DNA from: Lingula anatina
Taxonomy: Eukaryota > Animalia > Brachiopoda
Direction of reading: 5' to 3'
DNA length: 64,000 nt
NCBI GenBank assembly: GCA_051362555.1
Contig: CM120649.1
Location: forward strand, 12,834,001-12,898,000
This document shows, piece after piece, positions 1 to 12,547 of the stretch. The position numbers and the translations under genes are program-made. The notes beneath the pieces are model-generated. The model worked only from the letters and a program-made list of their open reading frames with translations, did not search any database and was not told where the DNA came from. Numbering within the stretch: the stretch's first letter is position 1; the number at the start of each line of letters is the position of its first letter.

Positions 1-1
1 T

Positions 2-1402
2 CCTATCACAGACAAATATGCGCCCATTGTTGTCCGCTGTAACACCCCAGGGTGTAGACATGTCACCCTGACCAAATGTTTGGACATGTTTCCAAGAGGA
101 GGAATACACTTGGCATCCATCCTTACATGTAACCACCAGTCTGTCATCCTGGAGCACGGTGACACCCCTGGGGTCTGGTACATCAACCTGAAATATCACC
201 TTATGAGATGGTGATATTGCCTGAAGTTTTTTCGATTTGTAAGAAACTAAACATATCGTCCCACTATGACTGCATGATATGTTCCATAAATATCCGATGC
301 TGCTATCAAACTTATCCACTAAGGATGCAGCATCTAGCCATTCTAACTCCTTCACGCAACCAAAGAAGTCCGCAGGAAGTTTTTCTTTCCTAAAAGTGAT
401 CGCGGTTGTTCTTTCCGGTACAGAAGGTTTAACACTGTTCAGTTCTTTCATCCTAGCTTGGATGTTTTTAGCGTGTGTCATAACCTCCGTGTGGGAGCCA
501 TGTTTGACAAGGTGTTTGGCGAACTCGCAAGTACTTTGAATGGATACCCTCTGTAGTTGAATGCGGTCTTTCTCAGCCTCGAGGAATTTTAAACGAGCTT
601 CAGTGAGGGCTTCTGCTTTTGCGGTCAACTGATCAGAAATTTGCTGAACTTCTTTTTTAATATACGCTCCTTGTTGTTGTATGTCGGCCACAGTCTTGTT
701 TCTGTCGTAAGTCGCATCTTCCTGTTGTTTGGATATTTCCGACTCTGCATTTTCAAATAGTGAAATGTTCTTAGACAGATCATGAAATGCACTTTGTATT
801 TTCTCTTTTTGCGTTTCTGCTATATCTGCAATGTCTACACAATTGTGTTTGTTGTGTTTGGTGAGAATACAGTCACGACACACAACAACATCGTCATCCG
901 TGCAATAAAATTTCAACCGTTCTTCTTCATGCTTATCGCAAAATAATGTTACTCCCTTCATTTCCTGGACTTGCTTCCCAAAGTCAGACACTGACATCAT
1001 TGTGTGTCCCTGCAGAAATTTTATGGCGTCATGCTGTTTTTGTCGACAGTTCTCACAGAAAAAATGTTTGCAATCTTGACAGTAAAATTGAGCAACTTGT
1101 GAGTGACAGTTCCCACACAATTTGTCTTTACTTTCTGCTGTCAACATAAAGTCCTTCACCTTGGACAAAAAGAAGTTACGGACAAGATTCTCCAGTCCAC
1201 CTGGTGGAACAGGCGCCTCCTGGCGGCACACTGGGCACGTGATGTTGCGTCCTGTCCCACTCGCTGCCACGTGCTGGGCAAGACAAGCCAAGCAGAAAGT
1301 ATGATAGCATGGGAGGACACGCGGGTCTTTATACTCGTGAAGACAGATGTGACACGTTAGAAAATTGTCACTGAAGCCTTCGTAGAACTTCTTGGATGCC
1401 AT
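2..1402 (-). CDS. TRIM-NHL family E3 ligase (RING, B-box1, B-box2, coiled coil, NHL repeats; TRIM2/3/56-like); intronless within the window, 3' end beyond the left edge
   Basis: Manual translation from ATG at 1402: MASKKFYEGFSDNFLTCHICLHEYKDPRVLPCYHTFCLACL...TCPVCRQ (C3HC4 RING); CGNC...YCQDCKHFFCENCRQKQH (B-box1); CDKHEEERLKFYCTDDDVVVCRDCILTKH (B-box2); a helical region; then PDPRGVTV and STPWGVTADNNGRIFVCDR (NHL). No stop before the window edge, which explains its absence from the ORF track. Confidence 0.92.
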   Translation of the reverse strand, partial: MASKKFYEGFSDNFLTCHICLHEYKDPRVLPCYHTFCLACLAQHVAASGTGRNITCPVCRQEAPVPPGGLENLVRNFFLSKVKDFMLTAESKDKLCGNCHSQVAQFYCQDCKHFFCENCRQKQHDAIKFLQGHTMMSVSDFGKQVQEMKGVTLFCDKHEEERLKFYCTDDDVVVCRDCILTKHNKHNCVDIADIAETQKEKIQSAFHDLSKNISLFENAESEISKQQEDATYDRNKTVADIQQQGAYIKKEVQQISDQLTAKAEALTEARLKFLEAEKDRIQLQRVSIQSTCEFAKHLVKHGSHTEVMTHAKNIQARMKELNSVKPSVPERTTAITFRKEKLPADFFGCVKELEWLDAASLVDKFDSSIGYLWNISCSHSGTICLVSYKSKKLQAISPSHKVIFQVDVPDPRGVTVLQDDRLVVTCKDGCQVYSSSWKHVQTFGQGDMSTPWGVTADNNGRIFVCDR

Positions 1403-1502
1403 GACTCTTAATAGTTAGTTCAGTTAGGTTTACACACACTCAATGGTTGTACAATAACATGCATTTCTGTCTTTGGTTGGACTGGGAAACACTGCGTCTG
1501 GG

Positions 1503-1531
1503 TTTTATACAAATATAACAAACCACGTCAT
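1503..1531 (-). promoter_or_regulatory. Candidate core promoter of the TRIM gene (TATAAAA plus a TGACGT CRE-like site)
   Basis: The minus strand reads GATGACGTGG...TATAAAA, about 100 nt upstream of the ATG. Confidence 0.35.
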
Positions 1532-1749
1532 CTTACACGGCGATGAAATCTTGTGCCAGAGACGATGAGGGTTGTGAGGGTAGCTTATTAAATCATCTTT
1601 CAATTAGAGACCATTCCCAGGTCTATCGTACTAACTTTGGATCGATCTATTTCCTAGTTGCCTCAGTTTCCGAACTTACAAGCTCACGGTACCCTTACCG
1701 CCGGTAAGGCCTCATTGCAGTATGTACAAAAACCTTCAGACAGTTCAGT

Positions 1750-2291
1750 AGCTGGAAATATACCCGACCTGACAATCTCTGTTGGTCCTCCGTTGCACCT
1801 TGTAGCATGTAAATCCAATTAAAAGTGTTTTTGTGTACCTTCAGGTACGAGGTTCATAAAGTTTTGGTCTCTTTATTTCAGCTTCCTACTTCACTGACGC
1901 AACAGCACGCCATATAGTCGAACACTCGCGGAAAGGGCGACCAATTTTTCAAGGTCGACCGGTTGTCTATGTAAACTTTCAGTGACCTTTGACGACAGGT
2001 GGTGAAGAATGGTGTTTGATCCATGTAGGCCACCTCCAATTTATAGATGTTTTACAATCATTTGGCCATCCATTTGCGCTTGTTGAATTCAGGCATCCTT
2101 TGCGTTAAAACTTACATGAATAAATATTTTAGAAATTTTATAATAATTGTCTTTAATAGCAATAAAATTTATATTAAAAAATCACGTATTATTTTGTATT
2201 ATTAGTGGTATTATTTTCGCCCTTAATCAAAATACTTAAAAATAAAAATAACTTTTTACTTATTTATTTATTTCATTCATTATTTTAATGT

Positions 2292-2323
<32 letters not shown>

Positions 2324-2840
2324 GGCAACGACAAGAGAAATGGAGGAAGAGGTTAAGGTGTACGGTGACCTTGAGGTTGTTTGTGTGATGCAAAGATGAA
2401 ATAACTAACTGGTAACTTTCATGTGTTCTCGAAGTGAATGACGTTTTGTTCTGCAGTTCATTTTTCATTTCCAGCCTTGTATTTTTTTTTTTTTTACTTT
2501 AGCTGCAACTTATTTTTAAAAATTAATTTTAAAAAAATAAATAAATGAAATAAAAATAAACAAATAAGTAGAAAGTTTTGTTTTTCCTTTTAATTTTATT
2601 CATTTATGTATTTTGATAAAGGGCGAAAGTAATACTACTAATAATACAAAATAATACAATACATGATTTTTTTCTATTGCTATTCAAGACAATTATTATA
2701 AAATTTCTAAAATATTTATTCATAAAAAGACCAACACATTATGAACCTCGTGCCTGAAAACACAACACTTAATTGGATTTACATACTACAAAGTGCAACG
2801 GAGGACCCACAGAGATTGTCAGAACCTGGATATTTCCAGG
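1750..2840. repeat. Long imperfect inverted repeat (foldback/MITE-like element)
   Basis: About 1750-1875 is the reverse complement of about 2722-2840 (gacaatctct/agagattgtc, cgttgcac/gtgcaacg, aaatccaattaa/ttaattggattt, gaggttcata/tatgaacctc). About 2117-2250 pairs with about 2590-2722. Confidence 0.8.
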
Positions 2841-2984
2841 GATTAAGTTTATATTCTTAATTTCAACATGTATTTTAGATGATTTATTTAAACATTTCAC
2901 CCAAAATTACTACTAACACATTCTAAAAATTTTAGTAATAGTCATATTTTCCAAATTTTGTAGTCTCTTTTTTCCCCTTTACTT

Positions 2985-5900
2985 TCACTCAGTCTTTGGT
3001 ACTGATAAAAATGGGCTATTGCTGCTGGGGCCAGACACACATTCGTCATTGATGGGTTTAAACTTGGCTCCAGTGTCACAGCTCATCTCATGATTCTGAC
3101 TTATTTGGATTATCTTGCTCTTGCGGAGAGGAGCTCTGGACCTAAATGTTACAAAATAGATAAATATAAAAATGAATAAGGTATCTTACAAATAATCAAC
3201 ATATCAAAGGTGATCTGCATTTAAAATATTAGAAACCACTGAAATGTGAGATGCAGTGAGAATTTTTTCTTAGGAAGTGTAAAAAGAAAATGGGGAACAC
3301 ACTTAGTTTGGGGAAATTTTTGTGTCAATTACAGTTTGGCTCTATTTGTAATAAAATTCAGAATAACAAAAAATTGGAATAATTCTAAACTTGAGATAAC
3401 ACACTAAGACCCCATTCCCTAGGCACCATCGGTCTATGTGGATCGTATTAACTCTGTTATGCTGATTGCACTTAGCAAGAGTCCCCACAGACTTGGATCA
3501 ATCCATGTAGACTGATGGTGTTCTGTGGGAATTGGGCCTTTTATTTATCTATTTTTCCTACCTTTTAAATTCCAATCTCTGCAAAATACTCAAGTCCTCC
3601 TCTTGCTTTTTCTTCACTCTTGTGGTGGCGTACATACAGTACACGATTGCAGTCAATATGGCGGATATTATCCCAGTTACCAAAAAGACGGGGATTGAGG
3701 ATTTTGGAGGAGCTCCCCACACTTGTACAGCAAATTTGGTCCGCAGGTCGCAAAAACTGTGGGATAAGATAAAAGATGCAGAAATAAAATGAACAAATTT
3801 GTAAGTAAAAATACAGTTATATAGCATATCATTTGTTATACAAATTAACATAAGTGCAAATAAAAAACAGTTAAAAAAGCACAAAGTTGATTTTTTCAAA
3901 ATATTTTTGTCACTAAATTTATCTTTACCCCCCAGCTGATTCGGGAAATATTTAAACATTTCATGATAAATCAAAGCGTGAAATAAGTTATTAATATACA
4001 GGTAACAATAAGTGCAACTACCTGTGGTCCTTGCTGAGCACTATCACTTCAAATATGTAGACCAAGTTTAGACTCTTCCAGGAGACTTTGTTGTCTCCGG
4101 AGCCTCCCAAGATTTCATACTGGTCCTCATCTGATGGAGAGTATGTAGAAGTACTGAAAATGAAAGTGAAAGCAGATATACTGAAAGTGAAAGTAGATAT
4201 ACTGAAAGTGAAAGTGAGCATTCCAGAATTATAAACAATGTAAATACTTCATTTTCTACAAAGATGTTTAACTTAAACCATTCTTTGTATCAGCCTAAAA
4301 CAACTTAATTGAAAGAAAACTTACAAGTGACAAAAAGCTCAGTAAAGAATATCATGTTTTAAAATTACACTAAAAATACGGAGTCCAATTACACACACAC
4401 ACACACACATTGATAATACAATACTAGGTAACATTTCTCTTTGAAAAACTACCTGAAAAAGTGTTATGCAAAATTATTGTATTATATTATAAAAAATTAT
4501 CAGAAAATAAAACACTACTCTTGCAGACTGTGTTGTCACGCTGAAAATGAAAGTAATTTGAAATTGCTCAGATAATATTATCCAAAGTCATGAAGTGAAA
4601 GTTAAGCAAAGAGCAACAATCCCCTCTCAACAAGAAACAGGTAAGAATAACCAACTGACAAAAAAGGTTTTATAAACTGAAATTTAGCCCAAAAAAGTAT
4701 AATGGTTCATATAACAAACTCGATCCATTTGAAAATAAAACATTAAATAAAGTTGAAAAGAACACGAACTTTTGCGGTCATAACTGAAGCCTTGAAAACA
4801 AACCTTTAATATATTCCAGCAAAGCATTTCTTCAGCTGTGTAATACATTAAAAGTTCAACTTACAGTAGCAATTTCATTATAATTGTACATTAAAACTAA
4901 CAATTATTTCATCATATTACTGGAATGTGGAGTTATTACAACAGAAAAACTTCTTGGATGAAAAAACTATTTGCTACAGCGGTGATTGCAATGTTCTGTT
5001 TTCAGGCACAATTCTGACCACAAGATTCTCTTTAACTAAATACATCCCGACCCAAACTTAACACCATTCACATACAATGGTGTTTGGACTGTTGCAGCAG
5101 AGGTCACATTGGTTTGTGACCTTGGCAAACGTCCACATCTGTGACTTGGGGGTGTCGCTGTTGTGGCCGTACCTAAATCGTCATTTTCTGTGCCACGCAC
5201 AGAGGGCACTTTACAACTCTCATAATTCTGAAAACAAGAGTTTAAGAAAAATCAATTATCCTTTTTTGTTTTTATAACCTGCTTGTTGTTGAAAAAAATA
5301 ATGCTAAAACAGATATATGTTTTTTCACCAAGTGCATCCAGTTTTTGGTAGTATTCAGATTCAGACATTGTAGCTTTATTGTCTGATATGCCTCTTCTAG
5401 CAATGAAAGGGTAACTAAGACGAGCACACTCAATAGTTCACTGCCTGAGGGGGCCTATTAGACATTTCAGCTAATTTAAGCTAATTTCATAAACTACACT
5501 TAAGCAAAAATCCCTACAAAGTTGGATCAATCCAGCTGGTACAATATGTCTGAATATGAATGTTCTATAAAACCAACCCAACCATCTGTTTTTTTTTCTA
5601 AAAAATAAGTCCTTTTCTTATTATCCTTGGTAGGTTTTAATTTATTCTCTTTTTAATTTACTTATTTTTCACTTTTTCGACTTATTCCTTTCCAAAGAAA
5701 CATATTTAAATTACAAAAAAAAAAAAAAAAAAAAAATCCCAGCTTCAAAGATCACCACTTTGCCTCAAACATCTGAAAGATCAATATTAAAAGGACACAA
5801 AAGAGGATTTTCGCGCCAAAATTGATTTATCCCGATTTATCCCGAGGTTAACAGTACTTTTCTGCAATTTACCGACCTTTAATCTATCATTCCCGGCACT

Positions 5901-8900
5901 CGCCATCGCTCTGTAACATTTTTGGAAAATACAATAAAAAGAAAACCTCCGCTTAAGCGGAGGTTTACCAACAACCACCTCCATTTTCATTATTGAGCTC
6001 TCTAGACTTCCGGATATCGCGAGATTCTCGTATTGCGACCTAGTTAAAACTAGTTCAAGCTGCCGGGAAAGCACATGGAACAGGAGGCTGAATTAGTTGA
6101 GACTCCATCGAAGAAGGGAAGAAAGATAACAAAAAGAAAAAGGAAACACCCTTTACAAAAGTCAACACCAAAAAAATAAAATGCGCGTAAAACAGTGTAT
6201 CAGCAAATGTACGACAGGCAAACAATAAACACCGGCAAGGAAGAAGGCAGATGAAAACCTGCTTGCATGGATGGATCGTCTGGCCGCGAAGTATTTACTG
6301 GATTTGTGAGTACCATTTACAATTATGTTTGAGATAAGACACCAGTAAAAATATTTATTAAGCACAGAGATTAATGTTTATTTACGTGTGTTCGTTGTAT
6401 TTCTTAACGATTGTCAGGCTCTTCTGTCAAAATATGCCATGAAATTGTAACTAATATGAGTGGTATCGATGACAGAAATTGCAAGTGTGCTCATATGTCG
6501 ACTCTGACAGGGTTTGGGTTAGTTTATAGAGCAAAGAAAGTTTAAATAAAAACGGACATGGTGGGAGATACTAGTCTCATTACATGTACATTACAATGAC
6601 CAGGGCGAATTTTTGACTTACAGAGGGCACATTTCTTGTGCCTCTAACATCTAGGCATACCACAGTAATTAAGACATATGACCAAGATGCTATTTCTTTA
6701 GGCATCTAAATCCCAAAATGAATGTGCAGAAGCGGTTATTGTATCTAAGTTTAACTCAATGTTAAATGGCATGTCAACTATAATTGAAAATATCTTTGAG
6801 TAGTATTTTGATTTTATATTTTAAAGACAATTTGTCTCCTTTTTACATTAAAAATAAATAAATCAGAAAGGGGATATTGCATGTTTATGTTTGGTACATC
6901 TCTCTAATGTATTAAATAGTCCAGAGTAATAATTTAGATCATACAGTTTTAACTTTAGAGTCCAACCAGTATTTCGGAGATTAAACCAATATGAAGTGAT
7001 CAAGAAACTTCAAAATTAAGTTGTAGTTAATACTAGTGCAGTTGAAGATGACAGTCTAGATAATTTAAGGTGATCATATTGAGAAAAATGGCATTTATAC
7101 TTATTTCAGTTGAGTTTTATACTTATTTCAGTTATGTTTTTACATGATTTTTCTCAAACTTGATTATCTTATTTGTTGCTTTTTCCTATGGGATGCCTGA
7201 GCTGGAAGAAGTGCAGATGGAAGAGGAGGAAGATGCTGAAGAAGAGGGAATTAAAGGATCCTGATGATCCAACATGGGACTAAAACATGTCTTTAGAGTA
7301 AGCAGAATTTTAATAAGCTGATATTCACTCCTCATATATTAGGAATTATAGGTGCATGATTGCTCTCTTATCAATTTTTTTTCCAAATTGGCGACACATA
7401 ATGTAAACATAATGCAAGACTCTATTTCCTCCGTCAACTAAAACGAGCTAAGCTTTACCAAAGTATTGTGCACTCAATTCTAGAATATGCCTGCCCTGTG
7501 TGGCATCCAGGACTAACTATAGAGCAATGCAAACTCTAAGAGACTGACCAAACTCGTGCTTTGAAGATTATTTTCCCTGACCTACACTATGATGAAACCC
7601 TGAACCTGGCAAATATGTGTACTTTAGATAAACGAAGAGATCTGTGCAAAACTTTCTTTTACAAAAAAACTGAATCCTCTGACAAACTGAATCACATCTT
7701 TATTGATCAATCCAATTGTCTTTTAAGATCAAACAATAGTAACAAAGTGCCACAATTTAAGACCGACATATTCTGATGCTCTTTTATTCTGTATGCACTT
7801 TTAAATTTCCAATAGTATTATGTTGTCTTTTATCCTAAGTTCAATTAGCAGTCTTTTAACTCAGTTTTATTCAAGCAAATATTCACTTTATTTTCATTAT
7901 AATTTTCTTAACACTATGTACAACTTCAACCCACTGGGTTGCAGTCTTAATAAATTATTATTATTATTATTTTGATTTGCTTTTTTAGACCTTAAGGTTA
8001 TGAGCAACTGCCAGTATGATGTCCTGAAGAAGAGTTTTTTACATGGAAGAGGAACTCCATGGCTCTCCACCAAAAAAAGAGGAACTTTTCTTGAGGGTCC
8101 AAAGCGGGGACGAGTTGGATAGTGAGAGACTTTTCCTGACTTTCGAGTGCTGCTTACAGGATATATTCAGTGAACTCATCTTGCCAATGTGACAAAGCAT
8201 AATCTGCTGACTTCAAACCATCTAGCACTGACATGTATGCTATAATGCAGACAGATTGGAAATCAAGGTGGTCTTTCCTCCCAAACCTAAGTCATATGCC
8301 TGATATTGAGAATAAACCATTTTGGTCCAGCATTTACTTCTTAAATCTAAATGACATCAAATGTATTATGGAATATGGTACTGGTGGCATATTGTGATTT
8401 CAACTTGATTTTAAACCAGTGAGTTGTTAGATTTTGTAAGATCACCAGTTGCAGTTTTGTGACTTTGTTACAGCATAAAATTCTGTATTTGGCAAATGAC
8501 TGCATGTCATTTCTTTTAAGACCTACAAAAATGGTTTGAGTGAACACTTGTGCCTGTATTCAATTCTCCACTCAGCCATTATTTAGAATTCATGCAGGGA
8601 AGCCATGCCTGTATTTTTTAAAGAAATATTTATACCTTTCTATTTATTCCCTGCACATCTTGGAAAAGTATGTGTGAATATCTTACCGATGAAACAATTT
8701 ATGTTTGTGTAAGTTGGGTTGATCCTTTCTTATGACCCATCCCTTTGCATGGAGACTTTTGTGTCAGCTCACATGAGTCAATACACTGACAGAGAGGGGG
8801 ATAATTTGTTGATCTGCAATCCTCATGGGTCTGCATGTACATCAGACTCTTAACATGATAGCCTGGCTATTAATAAGTCTCTCTCAAAAATGTTATCATA

Positions 8901-11900
8901 CTATAATGTGTACTGCACAATGTGAAAGTTTGTGAATGCTTGGATAGAAGGCTTATTTATGAAGATGGCATTAATAAGTATGAAAATAATTATGCATTCT
9001 AGCTTACAAAATCTGTGTATGTCTTATTCATTACATGTGACAGGTAATAATAAAGATGATTTGGCCAAATTCCAAACTTATGTAGCAAACTTTGTTTATT
9101 CTTGTATTTTTGCCAAATATAAATAAAAGATGTTTCAATATTTGAACTTTTATTTCATTCATAATCTCTACCCAGTTAATGCTACATTGATACTGCAGCT
9201 TATGCTTTGTATGTTAAGGCCACACTTTTTTATTTTTATGGATGACATCCTCTGGGTACCCCAAAATCGGTGCGAGAGGGCGAAAAAAAAAAAAAAAAAC
9301 GGTCCAAAAAAAAAAAAAAAAAATACTGCTTAAGTAGAGGAATGCTGTCAGTGCACAGCTGGAAACACAAATTTTACCACAGAAACACGTATCAAACTAA
9401 CAATATGTCTTTCTTTATCCATGCTCTCAAAATATTAAAGCATTGTGAATACTTCGTAGAAATGTAAAAAAAAAGTCATAAATAGATATACTTCTTATCA
9501 CAAAATCTATTAAGGTTATTTCATGCATTTTGTTGGTATAGCAATCAATAAAACAAACATCAAACAAACAGTGTGTCTTTATTTGTATTCTCAGAATATT
9601 AAAGCATTTTGAACACTTCACAGAAAAGTTTCACAGATATGCTTAATACTACCAAATCTATTAAAGGTCATTTCGGACGATGCCATTTTGTCTACTTCGA
9701 CTCACACGGCCAAACTGTCAGATATAACTTGAGGCACTGTAATAGTAAAATTACATAAAATGGTTATAAAGAAAAAAATGTACTGATATTATCATAACAG
9801 CACTATTCTTTAACAAAAATCAACAAATTAGAGGGCATGATCACTACATGATAACCAGCTTATAATAAAGAAGCAAGTCTGATTTTGGTAAAAAAAAAAA
9901 AAAGAAAAAAATTAAATTTAAATATCTGTAGCTGCATTAAATCATAAAGGCCACAAGAAGAAATAACATTATCACACATGGTTTCAAAGAACTGATGTAA
10001 AAAAATTACACTAATATTCCCCACTTGGAATTAGAATTTTGACTAGCTAATTTCCTATAGTATAGTGCTAAACCGTACCAAATGGCACTGTTCACCCTCT
10101 AAAATACCAAAGTTTTATTTTTAAGCAGGCCCAGGACCCCACGCTTTGCATCTGCGGACCCCCCTTTCAAATAATCCTGGATCCGCCCATGTTATACTGC
10201 TAAAATTATTAACATACCTGATCTCTTCACTCGTGCTTGAAGGGGTGTATCACCCAATTCCTCCTCTGAAAGGCTAAAAAAATCATTCCTTATAATCATA
10301 TTCATTGACAATATTATTAAATTTACAAATAAGCTAACGTAGTTACGTGTTGTACAAAGAACACCCTCTATCCCCACTAGTACTCGAGTTACATCGTACA
10401 TGTATATATCATGGGATTCCCCTGCGAGAATATGGTGTGAGGTTAGTCTGTAAGTACTGGTAGATGACCACATTGAGCAGAAAAGGGTATTCCTCCTGCT
10501 TTACAGACCTATACACCTCAGGGGTAAAGTGCACTATCTCGCTTCATATAACTAGTAGTACGTACCCAGTGCGAGTGATTTGGCTGCGAGTGCGTTACCC
10601 GAGGAAACGTTAATTATTAGCAGTTATCTACGCTTTTTAACTTCCTCTGCCAGACATTTTGATTCCCACTGCCATCTTCCCATTTTAAAGTACTTTTGGT
10701 AAATATAACTCGCTTACCTGCAAAGATTCGGTAAGCAATTCCTCTTCTCCTTCACGTCCACGCTCACCTTCGAAACGACATGCTGTCTGCATTGTTTACA
10801 TCTCGTATCTGAGTCGAGAAGCCGCATTATTTCAAACTGTGTCAAGATGGCTGACGCCCGGGGTTCGAAAGTGGACGGTGAATATGATTCTTTTTTTCGA
10901 TATTGATTAAGGCCATTTACCTGCCATTTTATGCTTTACCCATAGCAATTGTTCTCAGATAAGTTAAAAAAGAAGCAATCCATGCACTAAAAAGGCGTTT
11001 TAAATCCTATTTTTTGTCCCTTTAATATATCATTTTATAACATATTGCTATCTTGTTGCTTGCTGTATACTCTTTCATTCTATAATCATATTTGTATATA
11101 CATTTCAGAGAAAAAAAAATATCTAGGGTAACAAAATCACTGATTTTCCTTTTAGAAAACTCACCATCTTAGTCCAAGCAATTGAAGGGTCAATGTGTCC
11201 CAGCTCCCTTTGTTGTTTCAACAACATGGCTGCCCACGTCTGCGGAGTTTTGTCACAGCCTGCATCCTTGATTTTCTTGGTGTAGGAATACGTCTTCATC
11301 CCATGTATTTCGTACATGATAAAGTCATCGTGGATGTCTTCTAGGAAGGTATCTCCCTGCCAACTGAAGTTGATAAAAATCGTATAAATATTGGTAGGAC
11401 ATATAAAATATATATAAAGATTTTGAAAAGACAAATTAGATTTAAAAAGTGTAAAGTCCATCAAAATTCAATACATTTTCACTGTGTAAACTTAACCACG
11501 GCACTGCCTCTGGTACATATACAAGTTTTGTCATCTCAACAGCTTTCATGTTGTTTTCCATTTAATATTTAATGTGGTGATTTTTTCAATATGCATTTTA
11601 TGTGTTTGATACTACAGTAATATTATAACATCCATGTGGTGTTAGAGTCCATAAATTGGATGATTTTGTAATATCTATCTTAACATTTTTTTTTCTAGTG
11701 TCGTCCCTCGACCGGTTGAATTGAGCCAAGATTTAATTACTGTGCTCCTGCAGGGAAGCCGACGAGTGGAGAGGCGTAAAAGAGGCGGAGAGGCCATTAC
11801 AGGGTTAAGCGGTCTTCCTTTTATGTAGGTCCGCCATATTTAGGCCGTGGACCAGTTAACATGCGGCGCTTCTCATTCTGAATGACCTCTTACAGCTGTA

Positions 11901-12475
11901 TTTCTGGCTTGAAGATGAAATGTTTATCTTAACAACACTTAATTCTAGTGATACACATTTTTTGTTGCCAGCCAATTTTTGAAGTGTCTCAAATGCCTTT
12001 TAAACTACTCCATTCCATCAGAAAACACCATATTGGGAGGTTAAAATCTTACAGCTGCATTTCTGGCTTGAAGAGGGAGTTGTGGTAGGAGCTGATAGGA
12101 CACCCTAAAAGCTGGTAGTCATATTTGACCTCGAGGTCAGCGGTTGCCTCCCTGTCAAATTTGCCACGCATCATTGTCGGATCGATGGTGAATCTGCAAG
12201 AAAAAATATTTATATGTAATTTACAGCCATACCCTCATAAAAGATCTCTCTCTCTCTTTTTCTCTTCTCTCTCTGTATTCAGTTTATCAACTTTTTCATA
12301 CTGATTTAATTTACAAGTCTCATTTCCATAAGTTACCTACATAATATGCCTTAGGAGCATAAATGGTATGCCAATAGAAATTCTTTTTTTTTTCAAATGT
12401 TTATTAGTGTTTTTAAACAAGGTGAGTCAAGTAGTACATGGTAATCAAGCATATAAAATTACAATTTATCTCCCC

Positions 12476-12547
<72 letters not shown>

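Larger units (their letters stand above)
5791..11021 (+). mobile_element. Decayed Kolobok-type DNA transposon (TTAA TSD, purine-start TIRs, convergent transposase and KolX-like remnants)
   Basis: TTAA at 5787-5790 and 11022-11025. TIRs aaggacacaaaagaggattt and (revcomp) agggacaaaaaataggattt. Plus-strand pseudo-exons: MEQEAELVETPSKKGR...INTGK...KYLLD (6075-6305), acidic EEEED...DDPTW (~7190-7280), FLTFECCLQDIF...CQC (~8130), FMDDIL...PQN (~9235). Opposite-strand exon MQTACRFEGERG... (10792-10718). All are interrupted by stops or frameshifts. Confidence 0.7.

Noticed and set aside
208-1360. Several plus-strand ORFs of 60-86 aa
   Set aside because: They are antisense shadows of the TRIM coding sequence.
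4519-4540. Possible CATSPERD micro-exon (cag|CGTGACAACACAGTCTGCAAGA|gt)
   Set aside because: A 22-nt exon would break the frame, and the flanking exons join in phase without it.
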